In this document: positions 15,380 through 29,303 of the stretch, piece by piece
Position numbering within the stretch: the first letter of the stretch is position 1
Layout of the letters: every line of letters starts with the position of its first letter
Origin: Batkoa obscura
Lineage: Eukaryota
NCBI GenBank assembly: GCA_030770535.1
Contig: JASVEC010000012.1
Coordinates: 372,001-436,000 of the forward strand
Reading direction: 5' to 3'
Length of the DNA: 64,000 bases
The notes under the pieces: model-generated
Told to the model about the DNA's origin: nothing
Databases searched by the model: none
The model's input: only the letters and a program-made list of their open reading frames with translations
Program-made: the position numbers and the translations under genes

Positions 15380-16180
15380 TTAATTTTGAGCTTTTTCGGA
15401 ATACTCATCTAATAACAGCTTAGGGGTAGTAAAATGAAAGCCGGACATAACTTGTTGAAATACATACATAGATTCCTTTTCGCTTTCGGATAACTTTAAC
15501 TCTTTTTCAATACAACTTTTTAAACAATCATTACTTTTTTCTAAGACTCTTCCTTTTAATTCGTCATCCATAAAAAAACTATTATTTATAGTTTGTAAAG
15601 CAAAATAGACTGCAAATGCTGTTTCTCTTGTTCCACATATTTGAGGATTTAGCCCGGAAGCTTTAACTAAATTTTGAGCTTCTGTCATCGCTGTTGACCT
15701 AACTTCTCCCGGCTTAAGTACCTTAATAATATAAAACAAAGTAAACAATCGGTCTCCGATAGTCGCTAATAGAGGTGCAATTAAATTCGGACTTTTAGGG
15801 TTTAAAAGTGGAGAAAATACTTGCTTTTTTAAGTGAACTAACATGAAGATGGCTCTTTTTTGACACACATTTTCTGGGAAAAAAGCACTGAATGCAGCTT
15901 CACTATTACTATGGCTCAGCTTCTTAACTGTATTCACTGCTTTTACAAAACTACCACGTTCCTCTCGAGTAAGCTTTTGATTAAAACTGGGTGCTGCTGG
16001 AGATGGTGGCACACTACTGGGTGAAGGTTCGGCGTATATAATAGTATTGTTTTCAATAAGTTGTTCTGTTTGATGGGATCTTACCAATCTTAAGGATTTT
16101 GAGCGACCTATTATCGTTGTATCACCATCTAATTTGTTATTCTTACTACCAAAAAATTTCTTTAATTTTATAAAACCCAT
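15380..16180 (-). CDS. Hypothetical protein, 266 aa, intronless
   Basis: Long ORF in AT-rich DNA; basic N-terminus starting MG, Pro/Ser linker, helical-looking C-terminal half. Confidence 0.7.
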   Translation of the reverse strand: MGFIKLKKFFGSKNNKLDGDTTIIGRSKSLRLVRSHQTEQLIENNTIIYAEPSPSSVPPSPAAPSFNQKLTREERGSFVKAVNTVKKLSHSNSEAAFSAFFPENVCQKRAIFMLVHLKKQVFSPLLNPKSPNLIAPLLATIGDRLFTLFYIIKVLKPGEVRSTAMTEAQNLVKASGLNPQICGTRETAFAVYFALQTINNSFFMDDELKGRVLEKSNDCLKSCIEKELKLSESEKESMYVFQQVMSGFHFTTPKLLLDEYSEKAQN

Positions 16181-16679
16181 TCTGAATATGAAAAAAATTA
16201 TTGTTGAGTTTGTAATTTAATTTTATAGCAACTCCCTTGTATTAGGTAAAGTGTACCATAAAAATGAACACTAAAACATACTTTGATTGGGTAATTAAGA
16301 ATTAGTTATTGATTAAGTAAGTGGATTCTATATTTGGATCGTTGCATAGTGTGAATTTTGGTTGGCATTGTTTTGTTAATAATGACTAAATACAGCTACT
16401 GCAATTTTACTACGATTTAATTTGTAGTGATCCTTAGAATTAGTTATTTGTATATCTGGCCTTTTTGAAGCTTAACCTATAGATTCAAGCATGATTTTTG
16501 TAAAGTTTTGTTTTTAAATGAGTAGTTATTTAGGTCGTAATAGAGTTGCAACAGCTGTAGCTTAAAATTAATAAGGTTGATAAAAAATTATAGAAATTTG
16601 ATATGATAATTATTACATTTCTATGACATTTAATAAACTTGATTTAATTACATTCTTTTTAAATTAGTCTAATTTACTT

Positions 16680-18433
16680 TATTTTGATAATCCGTTAATA
16701 TAGGCTAATTTAACAGCAATTCTATTATAAAATAAGTATGGATATTATTGCAAATCACCAAATTTCATACAATTCGTTTGGAAGATTAAAATGATTCACT
16801 ATAGTTAAAAGTTATACAGCTATTACTCAAAATCATGATATAAAAGATAAGTTACTGATGATAATGTTTAATCTGTTAAATTTAATTATCATATAAACTT
16901 TTAAAAATTGGAGTAGGTAATTCTTTATTATTTGTTCCATTAATAAGTTGTTCAACTTTAAGCTCGAAAAGTAAAAAATAACTGTGAGAAGAAAACATTC
17001 CAGTAAAAAAATTAACATTACTAATATAATATTTTATGGCTTTAATTTAATCTGTACTGTACTATTAAATTCAGGGCTATTATCTTTAAGTGAAAAATTA
17101 GGATTCTTAACGATAAAAACCATATTACTATGAGTTGGCTCAAGAATCGCTAAAGGTATTTTTTTCAGAATATAATACCTTTGGGATTTCTTATATAAAA
17201 AGTGTAATAATATAAATAATAAAACAACCCAATAAATTCACTAATCGAGACACTAACAATAACAGGCACTTGGCTTTTTGGCTTTGAACTTCACGTTTCC
17301 TCTACTGAAAGTATCCGATTTACTAGTGCATAATTGTTTAAATTGATTATTTGCATTTTTGAGTAAACTTCTTTATGGAGGCCAAAACCATATAACAAAT
17401 GATCATTATAATACTCTAAACAACCTGAAGAGGAAATAATTAACCTTGAGACATAATGTTTTTCCCAACTAGGATTATGTAAGTTTAAAACATAGAGTGA
17501 GCTATCCATAAAGCGTACCTCATTTTCGCTTCCAACATTGGCACCTCCTAATATATAAAGAAGGTTATCGATTTTTTTAAGCTAGAACCATGAGTTATTT
17601 TTGGGAATTCTCCTGTTCCAGTTTAATTATACCATTTCTCATTTTTGATATCAAAACTTGGAATGTTATTAAATTCAATATAATTATCATAAAGTCTATC
17701 TATACCTCCAAATATCATTAAGCTCCCATTATGTATAACTGAATTATGGCCACTAATTAAATATTCACTTCTTTCTCCAACAGTTTTCCATTCATCATTT
17801 TCAATATTATAAATTATCAATCTAGGGTAATGCCTAATTTTGATCCCATTTGATCTTTTAGCATGATAGTACTCCCCACCAAATATAACTAACTCATCTG
17901 GATTTAAATCATTCTAAGCTAATTTTGCTTCACTAGATCCATAATTTATTGTATAATCGTCCGACTTTGTAAAATTTAGATTTTAAAAAAATTGACTTCC
18001 ATTAGAATCTACTTTCCAAGTTTTAATTTTAGTATCAAATATCTTTACACACTTTTCAAGTGGTGTGAATATCCCCCCTATGATTAAAAAAATTTCTGAG
18101 TTACTAGGGAATCTAATGGTACTATGATAAAACAATGTGTTTAACGTCTGATTTTTAAGTGGATTGAGCTCCCAGTTTGTTTTTTGACTATCATTTGACT
18201 CTATCCCATCTTTGAGGTCTAACTTATAAACTCCACTATTCAAGTCTTCTTCATCAATTTCCCTTTTATTGCTTTCAGTCTTAAGATCTGATATGAAAAG
18301 TCCACCAAACAAAGATACTATCATTAATTATTCCACCATTACCTATAGCTAATATTGGTACATCTGAGCCATTTAAAACTTTTAAAATCGCTATCAATAA
18401 CAATATTAATTTTATAAACCCTATAAAGGCCAT
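16680..18433 (-). pseudogene. Kelch-repeat protein pseudogene with signal peptide, copy 1 (3' end approximate)
   Basis: MAFIGFIKLILLLIAILKVLNG start; kelch FGG/IGG motifs split across ORFs by a frameshift near 18310 and in-frame stops near 17985 and 17915. Confidence 0.75.
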
Positions 18434-18920
18434 TTTATAAAGTCAATTCTAATATTTTTGTCTTTGTATCACTTTTATACTTTCAGTTGCTACTTTATGG
18501 TTTAAAAATTATTCTCATTACTTTAAAAAGAGAAGATAATTCTTGGGTCTATACAGCACTAAAGATTTCATACTGAATGCTACATTACTTTATTTAGAAC
18601 TTGGCAATTAATTCCCACTAATAAAACTTTATCATGAACCTCAGAGCTGGGACAACCCCATCTGTAAGTAGGGCTCCCAATACAGAGACATCACAACTCA
18701 AAGTAATTGGTATTACAGATATTTTTATTTAGATATTAATAGATAATTTAAATAATGGCCCCGTTGTGAGCACTAAAGGATCCGCTTATAAATGTAACTA
18801 TAGATACAGCAGCATCAAAACTTAGTCCAAATGTTACAAGACAAAAAATCAGTGAAATTAAAATTCAATTTTTTAATATTTCATAATTTATTTTTTTCAA
18901 TATAAACCATTACAATATAT

Positions 18921-19018
18921 GAGGGTGTATTTTATGTTTAACAATTTTATTGACAATTTTTCCACTCAAATAGCGCTTAAAAGATGGAAAAAGTGATGAA
19001 GCCAAAAAAAACACCCCC
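18921..19018 (-). mobile_element. MITE copy
   Basis: ATAT|GAGGGTGT...ACACCCCC|ATAT. Confidence 0.88.
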
Positions 19019-19099
19019 ATATAGTAAATCGTAATTCAATATTTCAGATAAATAATTAAAATAAAATTTGCCTATCGTTTTAAAATAAGCATAGCGACA

Positions 19100-20497
19100 T
19101 ATACCTTTAATAATATTGATTCAGTTTATATTGTATCATTGAATCCAGGACTATCATGCTCAAGTCGAAACTTTGGATCATTAATAAGTATCCTTACACT
19201 ATTATCAGTTGGCTCTGAAACAGGTAAAGGTACTTTTTTTACAATACAACATTGTACAAACTTCTTATATAGAAAATGTATCAAAACAATCAATAGAACG
19301 GGCCCTAAAAATTACCCTAAACCACCAACAATAGCAGGCATTTGACTTTTTCATTTTGAATCTTATATTTCTTTCTTTGGAGGCAATCTATATACTAAGA
19401 TAAAATTATTTAAACTAACTATTTGAGCTTTGAGTAGTACTCTAAGTATGCGCGGAAATCATATAATAGATATCCAGCATGATATTCTAAGTAACCAAAA
19501 CAAGCATTAGTTAATCTAGGAATGTAATGCTCTTCCCAAATAAAAATATCTAAATTTAAAATATAAAATAAACTATCAGTATATTGCTTGACATTTAGAC
19601 CACTAGTGCCACTCAGTATATAAACAAGATTTGAAACTTTTTTAAACCAAATCCGTAACGTATGTCTGGAAACTCCTCAGTCGCTATTTGATTATATCAC
19701 TTTTCGTCTTTAATATTAAAACTTAGGATAATATTAAATTCAATCAATAGATTTATCAGAGAGGATATCTTTACCGCTAATATCACTAAATTACCATTAT
19801 GTATAACTGCATTAGGACCACTAATTTAGTATTCATTATCTTCTCCAATTGTTCTCGACTTATAATTCTTAATATCATAAATTATTACTTCAGAATAAAA
19901 ACCGCTTTGGTTTACATCTGTTTTTTTTAGTATGATAGCACTTTCCTCCATATAAAACTAACTCATTTAGGTTCAAATCGTTTTGAGTTAAGCTTGCTCT
20001 AATAAGCCCACAATTTAATTGGCAATCATCTCATTTAGTAAAGTTCAGATTTTTGATAAATTGGCTCCCGTTTCGGTCTGTTTTCCAAGTATTAGTCTTG
20101 GTATTAAAAATCTTTACACTATCCTTAAGTGATATCAACAACCCGCCTATGATTAAAAGCTCTTCTGAATTATTGCTAATACTAATAGTGCTATGAGAAA
20201 ACAGAGTACTTAAAGAATGCTGTCCAAGTGGATCAAATTTCCAATTTGCATCTTGACTATCATTTAATTATATTTCCCCTTTAATGTCTAAATAGTAAAC
20301 TTCATCATTCAAATGCTTTTCAGTGATATATTGATCTTCCTTTTCAAAGTTTAATTGAAGGATTCCACCAAAAACATAAACTCTATTATTAATAATTTCA
20401 CCACTGGTTCCAACTAATTCTGGTATAACCGAATAATTTGGATTTTTTAAAACAAAGTTAACAAGTGTATTAGTTTTATAAAATTTATAAAGACCAT
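19100..20497 (-). pseudogene. Kelch-repeat membrane protein pseudogene, copy 2 (paralog of 16680-18433)
   Basis: Collinear similarity to copy 1 (RVYVFGG, LLIIGG, VKIFNTKT..W); early stop after MVFINFIKLIHLLTLF; relic transmembrane segment near 19270-19340. Confidence 0.72.
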
Positions 20498-21649
20498 TTC
20501 TGAATTTTTGATTCTAATTTTTGATTTTTATATTCTTTAGATTTATAAGAACAGGAACACTTTAATAAGATACATGTTTTTTATTGGCTATCAGAAGACT
20601 ACGTTTAAAAATTTTCGAACTTTATAAATTAAATCATGAGCATAGGAGACCCAATTGAGCCCATTCATAATCATAGCTATAAACAAAATACTTTAAATCC
20701 AGTCTATATAAAAATTTGACTATAGAGGGCAACAATTTGAACTTTGTCTTATTCGAATCTGAACACATAAAGGAAAATCTATTTATATTCTAAAGTATGA
20801 ACTAAATAGCTACAAAACATTATATAAGCATATTGACTTTAAAACTATATATTTTTTAAATTGATCCAATAATTTCTAACAATCTATATGCTTATATTTA
20901 TTCATATTCAAACAAACTAATGCGTTAATATAGTAAAGTAGTATGTTTTGGAGGAAAATACTTAAAAATAACTTTGAAGAAAAGGAAAATTATAATTTAG
21001 TATTATAAATGTGAGCCTAAAATAAAACTAAAAAATTAACTAGAAGTTTCAATTAAAATAAACCATTGACTTTAAATCAAGCAATTTATTGCTTATACTT
21101 TAGAATGGATATAATTATTTTTTTTGTTTTTTGTTTATAGTATTTAAGAGCTTTTTATAACTAATTATTTTATTTCAACGTATGTTTGTGAAGTAAACAT
21201 TTGTACATAAACAAGAATGTTATATTTGAAGTATAGTTAATTTTACTTTGATTTAAAAAGAAACTTTACTATGAGAAGACGCTAAATCCCAATTATTCAA
21301 AACTAAAATAGTTATTTTGAATTCTCTGTAAACAGTAAAAATACAATTTAATTAATAATAATCTTAGATATTATAATATTTTAAAAGTGAAAGCATTTCT
21401 CTAAAAGTAACTACTCAATGTTGAGTAAAATATAAATTTAAACCACAAGTGGCAACTAATTACATTAAATAGTTGATAAAATTCCCAAATAAATTTATAA
21501 AAATTCTTTAATTTTTTATTTGCTACTAAATTTAGTAACCTCTAATTGGTTACAAGAGCAGCGAATCAAATGACCACACAAAATATTTAACTATTTATTA
21601 CTGAACTACCCCAAGAAAAAGTCCTTCACTCACTTTAAAATTCGATAAA

Positions 21650-23188
21650 ATGACAACAGTTCAAACTCCTAAGGCTAAAGCCCCTAAAGCACCTCAGAAA
21701 CCAGACCAAACCACTTATAAAGATAGTTTGGACCAGACAGATAAAGAAATAGCCAAAATAAAGGAAAAATTAGTAATAGTTTTGTTTTTATATTTTTATT
21801 GTATTTAAACTTTATTAAAGGAGTTAGTAAGTAAAGAAATCAATGCATTGGATAAAGGAAAAGGAAAAAGCGACGATCCTCGTACTGAATTACGTAAAAA
21901 TCTTTCTAACCTTAGAGACCAACAAGCTTCCTTAAAGAAAGCTCGTCAATCAAAGCAAGAGGATATTAACCTTTTGCAAAACTCTATTAAGAAGAAAGTA
22001 AGAAATGTATTGTTTATTTAAAAAAACATTAATATTTTATTTAGATTACTGACTTAAAAGCTTTACAATCTAAGAATAGCTTTAGATCCTTGGCTGAGCT
22101 TGAAGAATATATATCGTAAGTCATTTATCTATGTTGATTTATTAGATATTTATATTTTTTAAAGAAAACAAGAGAGAAAAGTTGAGAGTGGGAAGTTAAA
22201 GGTTATCGAAGAAAAGAAAATCTTATCTGAAATATCCCAACTTAAAAAAAGTAAGAAATCTTTTGATATTATCATGGATATAGAAGATTCCCTCGAAGAA
22301 GATCGTCAAAAATTAGATGCTATTAGATCTGGAATTGATGAAGCCAAATCTAAAGCCATCAATGCTGAATACGATGAGATCAAGGCTAAATTAGACGAAC
22401 TCAATCTTTCAAACAATGAAGAATGGACTAAAAAGAGCAAACTTTTTGAAAAAAGAGATGAGATTCGCAAAAAAATTGATGAGCAATATGAAAAACGTCG
22501 CGAAATCATTGGAAACCATAAAAAAGCAAATGACGAATTTTATAACTGGAAGAGAGAAGAAACTAAAAGACGTCAAGAAGTCAACGAAGCCCGTAGACAA
22601 CAAGAAGAAAAAGAAAGGATTGAAGAACTTATTAAAGAAGAACTTGCTCTTGCAGAGTTACCTGCTTTTGAAACCGAAATTGCCCAATGTGGAACTTTAT
22701 TATCTTATTTCCACCGTATATTAGGTTCATCTGAGACCAATGGTAAAGCTGAATCTCCAAAGGCTGAACCACAAAGCGTAAGTGCTGCTAGACAAATCGA
22801 TGCTTCCAATCAACCTCAAGGTACCGCTTTAGTTAAGAAATCAGACCGTGATGATGTCTTTTTCATGGGAAACAAAATTAAAAAGAGCTCAAAGAAACCT
22901 AGCTCAAAAGCCAGCTCAAAACCTGCTGCATTTACCATCCCATTATCAATTATGGACGCCCTCTCATCCCTTAAACTTCCTATCCCAACTTCTTCTACTG
23001 GGGTTCCAGATCTTTTATCTGCTATACAAAAGAAGATTGAGTTCTTCAAACTTAATCAAGAAAAGGCATCAATTGAAAAGAGAAAGAGAGCTCAAGAAAA
23101 GATTGAAGAACTCAAAGCTAAACATGGCTTAAATGTAGAAAATGGAAAAGAAAACGAGATCCCAAAAGAAGTTGAACCAGCAGCTTAA
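21650..23188 (+). CDS. BFR1: Bfr1-like coiled-coil protein (spliced)
   Basis: KPDQ..YK..L, KVESGKLKVIEEKKILSEISQLKK, ELPAFETEI..C..L..YF, L..LKLPIP. Confidence 0.8.
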
Positions 23189-23692
23189 ACTTAATTTGTG
23201 ATAAAGAAGGGGTAAATCAAACTCTTCAATTAAATGTAGCCATTTTACTTTTTATTTTTTTAAATAAAAGTTTTTAATATAAACAAGTTTATTTATTATC
23301 TTCTTATTTGTTTGATTATGAAATATAAAATAGAACTTTAAAGGTTAAAGTTTAATGTATAAATAATTTTTCAAAGTTTGAGGTCTATACATAGATGAAT
23401 ATTTATTACTCTTATTAGTATATAAATTTCTTTTGAAATAATTCATTTTAATTAAAATAATACCTTCGCCATACTTATTTACGGCTTAAACCAATAATAA
23501 AATTTAAATTATATTCACTATAAAAAGTAACCATTATCTCAAATAATATCAATTTATTTTATATTTATTTTCGAAACTGAAAAGCAGCTCTATTTCGGTT
23601 TGTACAAAGAATTTATATTTGATTGGTTTATATTTCAGGGAGGATTAAAAGCAGCAAAATTACTTTCTACTTTCATTTGTAATAAACAAACG

Positions 23693-26600
23693 ATGTATAC
23701 GGATTTCAACTTGGGGGATGAGCTAATCAAATTTGATGAGAAGAGCATGGTGATTGAGGAAGAGATCGACATCGAAAACTCATCTAAGCAAGAATTATTG
23801 GAGTTTATAAATAAAGCAACTGACAAGTTAAGCTCAGATTATTTAAAAATAGCCAGCTCTAAGATATTCGATGGATTACGTAGTATCATAAAGTAAATTA
23901 AAATTAAATTAAAGGACATTGCTAAATCAAGCTTAGGAATTTATTGATTGTATCTCCAGCGATTATGGACCGTGCTTTTGATATGATATTGTCTGGTAAA
24001 AAAATCAAAAATTGAATTATGAATAATTAACCTCAATTAATGTTCTTAGGAGCACAAGACTTAATAAAATCGATTGAAGATAGTTTAAAAAGCGGAATTT
24101 TAGTTCAAAAGGAAGAATTGACAGCGTTAAACCTATATTCTTTTTTATTATACATTATAATCAATTATGCTGAATCAAAACAAGAAACTGAAAAAAGTAC
24201 AAAAGCAATGGTAAGTAATTGAATACAAATAAATTACGACTCTAAACGTACTGACAAATAGAATTCTAGAGGAAATAGGAACCAACGCCAACAGTCTCAC
24301 TCTTGGGATTGGTTAAGAAAACAAGGCAGATTGTTTGAGATTATCTACAAGATTGCAACGTTACCTTTAAAGAAAGTATTTTCTTCCAATTATCAAGTTG
24401 AAACAATTACAAGGTAAACGTACGTATTTGTATTTTTGTATTAATAAATAAACTATTTTTAGAGGGTTTGTAAAGAGTATGTTTTCAATTTTGCAATCAG
24501 CTGACAACTTAAAGAATCAGACAACACGCGTTAAATCCTATCATATAATAGCGATATGTGCAAAAGATTACAACCATAATTTAACAACACAAACCTTTGT
24601 TTCCCAAACTTTACAATATTTTGAAAATTTACATGATCCTATAGCTGAGTTACTTGAAATGATGGTGAATGAGTATGACTATACTAGGTTAGCTGAGGAA
24701 GTTTTAAGGTATTCATTTTTTTGAAAGAAAGTAAAACAAACTTACAGAATTCTATAATGTAGCGATATGTCAAAAAAAGAATTTACAATCAAGGATAAAT
24801 ATGGGCCAAAATCATATTCTTCGTTTTTGGTCAGATTTTGTGAACTTTGTCCTAAAACTGTAAATAAATATATTGGTATTTTAATTAAACAGCTTGACAG
24901 TGAGGTAAAATACTTTTGTTTATAAACTGAACTATTAAATAAAAAATAGTGCTATCATATACGATCTGCCATTATTGAGGTTGTAGGAATTTTAATTATT
25001 GAAATGGTAAATGAGATTGAAAAAGAAGGCAGAGGAGAGAATAATGAATCGATGGTTGATCGCTATTTTGATATTTTAGAAGAGAGATTCAAAGATAATC
25101 ATTATCTCGTTCGAAGTAAAGTTTTACAAGTTTGTGGGAGAATAACAGAGTAAAACAAGCTAGCGCTACCTTTAATTTTAGCTAATCAAAATCTCAATTC
25201 TTAGATTAAAAGCAAAATTTCCTAAAAGAAGACCACGCCTTATTCATTTAACTATTGGAAGATTAGAAGATAAAAGCGTTATTGTCCGAAAGAATGCTAT
25301 CAAAACCCTTACTAAATTTATGAAATCACATCCATTTTTGATTGATGGTGGTTCACTTTCATATGAGTTATTGGAAAGGAAATACAATGGAATCATGGAA
25401 GAATTACAAGTATTAATAAAACTGAATAATAAATAACTGTGGCTAACAACTATATAACTAGGAGTTGCAAAAGGTTGCCCAAAACATGAGTTTACTTATG
25501 GCTAAAGGAGAAGAGCTGCCTCAAGATTTGAATTCAAATAATGAACACAAAGAAAAAGTAATCATAGTTAACAGTTTATAAATAATAATTTTATAATTTT
25601 ATAAGAATGATCATAATATGAGTAATCAAATACGATTTGAAATAAGAAATGAAGACTCTACTGAAGAAGCAAAATTCGAAGGGAATGACTCAACTGAGAT
25701 GGAAATGCTAGACAATGGTAACCCAGAAATGACCAATAAATTCTTACAATTAAAAATGAAGCAGCGCTACTATGAAGATGCCGTGTTTTTTGTGAAACAG
25801 TTGATGGATAGTTTTAACTCATTGTCACAACTTTTAGCTTCCACTCATAAATTAGAAGCCATTGATGCAATGGATTTTTTTGTTGAAGCATATCATTATA
25901 AACTTAAAGAGGCAGAAGTAAGCCTTATTGCTTATTAATATAGACAGTTGCTAATATTTTATTTAGGAAGGAATTAGAAATATGATTCATTTAGTTTGGA
26001 CTAAAGAAAATTCGGATGAAAATAAGGGGACAATAGCAAAAGTTAAAGAGAATTTTTATAACCTTTATTTTACTGTCCCCACAGCATCTAATGAGAGAGA
26101 AAGGATCAATTTGATAGCTAAGAACTTAATAGAGTAATTTTTATTATTCGATATGCTATTATTTTATAACCTGCTTTTTATTATTTAGCTTAACTCAAAG
26201 TGCAAAGATGGCTGATTTGGTTTCTTTAGAAGAATTGGTCCGTCTTTTAACAATCGACGGGCGCTTTTCTTCAGATTTGATTGAGAAACTTTGGTTAATT
26301 TATTGTAATGTTTTTTCATAGGATTTGAACTTTATTACTAAATGATTCACATAGCATATAGTAAAACCGATCAACCAATAACATTAAGGAGAGGAGCTAT
26401 CATTTTGTTAAGCATGATTGGGAAAGCTAATCATGAAGTTATTAAAGAGAGAGTCGATTTATTAATAAAAATAGGGCTTGGTGATATTGGAAAAGTAATT
26501 ATTATTTACCATATTAATTTATCATTTAACAATCCTAGGATGATTTCATAGTTGCCAAATACAGCTGCATAGCATTACAATGCATTGGTGGAGCAAAAGG

Positions 26601-28324
26601 AAAGAAAGTTAAAGGTAGATACTAATAATTAAGAATAAATGTAAAATTTAAATTAATGTGTCTAGGCGTTGTTGCAGTAAACAAAAGGCTGCCTATCACT
26701 GAATCTATTTTTGAGAAACTTAAAGATTTATTAGAATTAAAGACGGAGGATTATCACTGGTATATTAAAACGTTGTTTATTTTTTAGCGCTAATATATAT
26801 TTTTATTAGGTTTGATATGGCGGAACAGGTTATAAATACAATTTATGATTTGGCTCAACGTCCAGACAAACTATGTCAATCAATTGTCAAAAATAAAACT
26901 CTTGAAATAAAGCGATCAATAGCTATGGAAGGTGAAGAAAACAAATCGGATCCATGGCCTTTATCTCAGTTAGTATTTTTGGTAGGGCACATTGCTATCA
27001 AACAAATAGTATTTTTAGAAGAAGTAGAAATTGAACAAAAGCATATAAAAAGTAATCAAAAAGGTAACTTTCATATGTATTTTTATTTGCTTTGATTAAA
27101 TCATAATTAGCTGATCAAAGTGAGATGGACTTAGAAAATGTAGCTTCTACGGTTGAAGATGAGCTTACAGAGTTTTTTCATAGAGTGAGGGAAAGGGGGT
27201 TACTATTTGATTCTTTAAGCTTACTTAGATTATATGGTGATATGATAGTAAACATATGCTCAAATAATAAGGTTTATGATGTAAGCAGTTCCTCTTTATT
27301 TTGATATACTCTAATTATTTTTAGGATAAAATGCTACAAATTGTTTCGACTTTATCTTTAGCAAAACTAATGTGTATCAGCTCTGAGTTTTGTGATAAGC
27401 ACCTTACACTTCTTTTAGCTATCCTTGAGAATAGTAGCGATCCTATTGTCCGTAGCAATATAATGATTGCATTAGGAGATATAGCTACATGCTTCAATTC
27501 ATTGATGGGAGAAAATATGGAGTATATGTATAAAAGATTAAAAGACAACGAACCATCAGTCAAAAAAAACTCGTTAATGGTATTGACTCATCTTATTCTT
27601 AATGGAATGGTTAAAGTGAAAGGACAGATTGGAGAAATGGCGAAATGTATTGTGGATAAGGATGTTAGAATATCAAATTTATCAAAGTTATTTTTTACTG
27701 AGTTGGCAACAAAGGACAATGCAATTTATAACAATCTTCCAGATATTTTATCTCATTTAACAAAACCCGAAGGTAGAAGCAATTTATCAAAAGAAGATTT
27801 TAGAAGTATTATGAGGTTTTTGTTTGATTTTATTAAAGTAACTTCATTTCAAGTGTCTAGTTTATATGATTATTTATGTTTTATTGTAGGATAAAGATAG
27901 ACAATGCGAAAACGTGGTTGATAAATTATGCCAAAGGCTTAGGCATTTAGAGGACAAAGGACAGTGGTGTGACCTCGGCTATTGTCTAACATTGATACCG
28001 TACAAATCTGAAAAGACATTCAAAAAGCTTGTCGAGCATTTTCCCTTATACCAAGATAAAGTTTTGGACAATATATTCTATAAGCATTTGACAGATATTG
28101 TTACTAAGGTAATTTTGTTTAATATAATGTCATAATTAGGTATTCATTTTTAATAGGCTAGACACCAAACGTGGCAAAAAACTGAAGGCAAAGTAATCAT
28201 TGATGAGTTTGAATTAGATTTAAAAAAATGTAGGAAAAAGGTGGATTATGATGAGAATGAAGAAGAAACAGAAGAAGATGACTATGAATCAGAGTCTACT
28301 TTCATAGAAGATGATATGGAATAG
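23693..28324 (+). CDS. YCS4: Condensin HEAT subunit Cnd1/Ycs4/CAP-D2 (many introns)
   Basis: LAKLMCISSEFC, VRSNIMIALGD, LTHLILNGMVKVKGQIGEMAKCI.D, FFTELATKDNAIYNNLPD. Confidence 0.95.
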
Positions 28325-28646
28325 GATTTGTAGCATATTTTTTTCAAGTCAAGCTTTTCCACTAAATGTACTTTTACTTTTCGCTTTCAAAATAGATATC
28401 GCCTCATTGATTTTATGCTTAAAATTATATTTTACCTTGCTTATCAAGCCGAATAAAAGGTACTATTTAATAAGGTTAATAGATGTTTTTATTCTTCTTA
28501 TTTTTCCTATTATTTTTTCTATTTTTAAATACTGTTAGTAATACTAAGTAGAAAAATTTTCGATTATATGGCTATTTAATTTATAAAAAGTAATAGCAGT
28601 ATGTTACTTAAAAACGGTATTTGTTTTGTAACATTTATAGCCTATT

Positions 28647-28856
28647 AACAATAAAAGCAAACAATAAAAGCAAACAATAAAAGCAAACAATAAAAGCAAA
28701 CAATAAAAGCAAACAATAAAAGCAAACAATAAAAGCAAACAATAAAAGCAAACAATAAAAGCAAACAATAAAAGCAAACAATAAAAGCAAACAATAAAAG
28801 CAAACAATAAAAGCAAACAATAAAAGCAAACAATAAAAGCAAACAATAAAAGCAAA
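28647..28856. repeat. Minisatellite (AACAATAAAAGCA) x ~16
   Basis: Perfect 13-bp tandem units. Confidence 0.97.
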
Positions 28857-29103
28857 GGCTGTTATTATATATTGTTTAAATTTGAAATTTGAAAAACATA
28901 CGTTAAATATTTAATTATAATATACTTAATATTACTTTTCATAAATTTAAGGATTAAAATTATGAGCTTTATTTTATAGTTTTTGAAATTTAAAACAGTA
29001 TTAACAAATAATTAAAATCACTTTTTTTTAAAAAATTAATAAACTAAACTTCAAAGTATATATTTCTAAAAGTTATCAAAAGATAAGTAGTCAACAAGGA
29101 TAT

Positions 29104-29303
29104 GGGGAAGTATTTTTGTGTTTAAGAATTTTACCAATAATCTTTCCACTCAAATAGCGCTTAAAAGATAGAAAAAGTGATGAAGCCAAAAAAACACCCC
29201 CCATATGGTGATGTATTTTTTTGTTTAAGAATTCTACTAACAATCTTTCCGCTCAAATAGTGCTTAAAAATGGAAAAAATAATGAAGCTAAAAAAACACC
29301 CCC
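29104..29303 (-). mobile_element. Two tandem MITE copies (29104-29202, 29207-29303)
   Basis: Separated by a single ATAT (29203-29206) and flanked by ATAT. Confidence 0.9.

Noticed and set aside
22306..23132. Overlapping alternative-frame and antisense ORFs
   Set aside because: Shadows of the Bfr1 coding sequence; the same applies to those over Cdc24, catalase, gag/pol and the 382-aa ORF
28311..28538. 75-aa hydrophobic ORF after the condensin gene
   Set aside because: Overlaps the condensin stop and 3' region; composition is typical of random AT-rich DNA
28604..28855. Hydrophobic ORFs and a CRISPR-like appearance
   Set aside because: Artefacts of the 13-bp tandem repeat; no unique spacers
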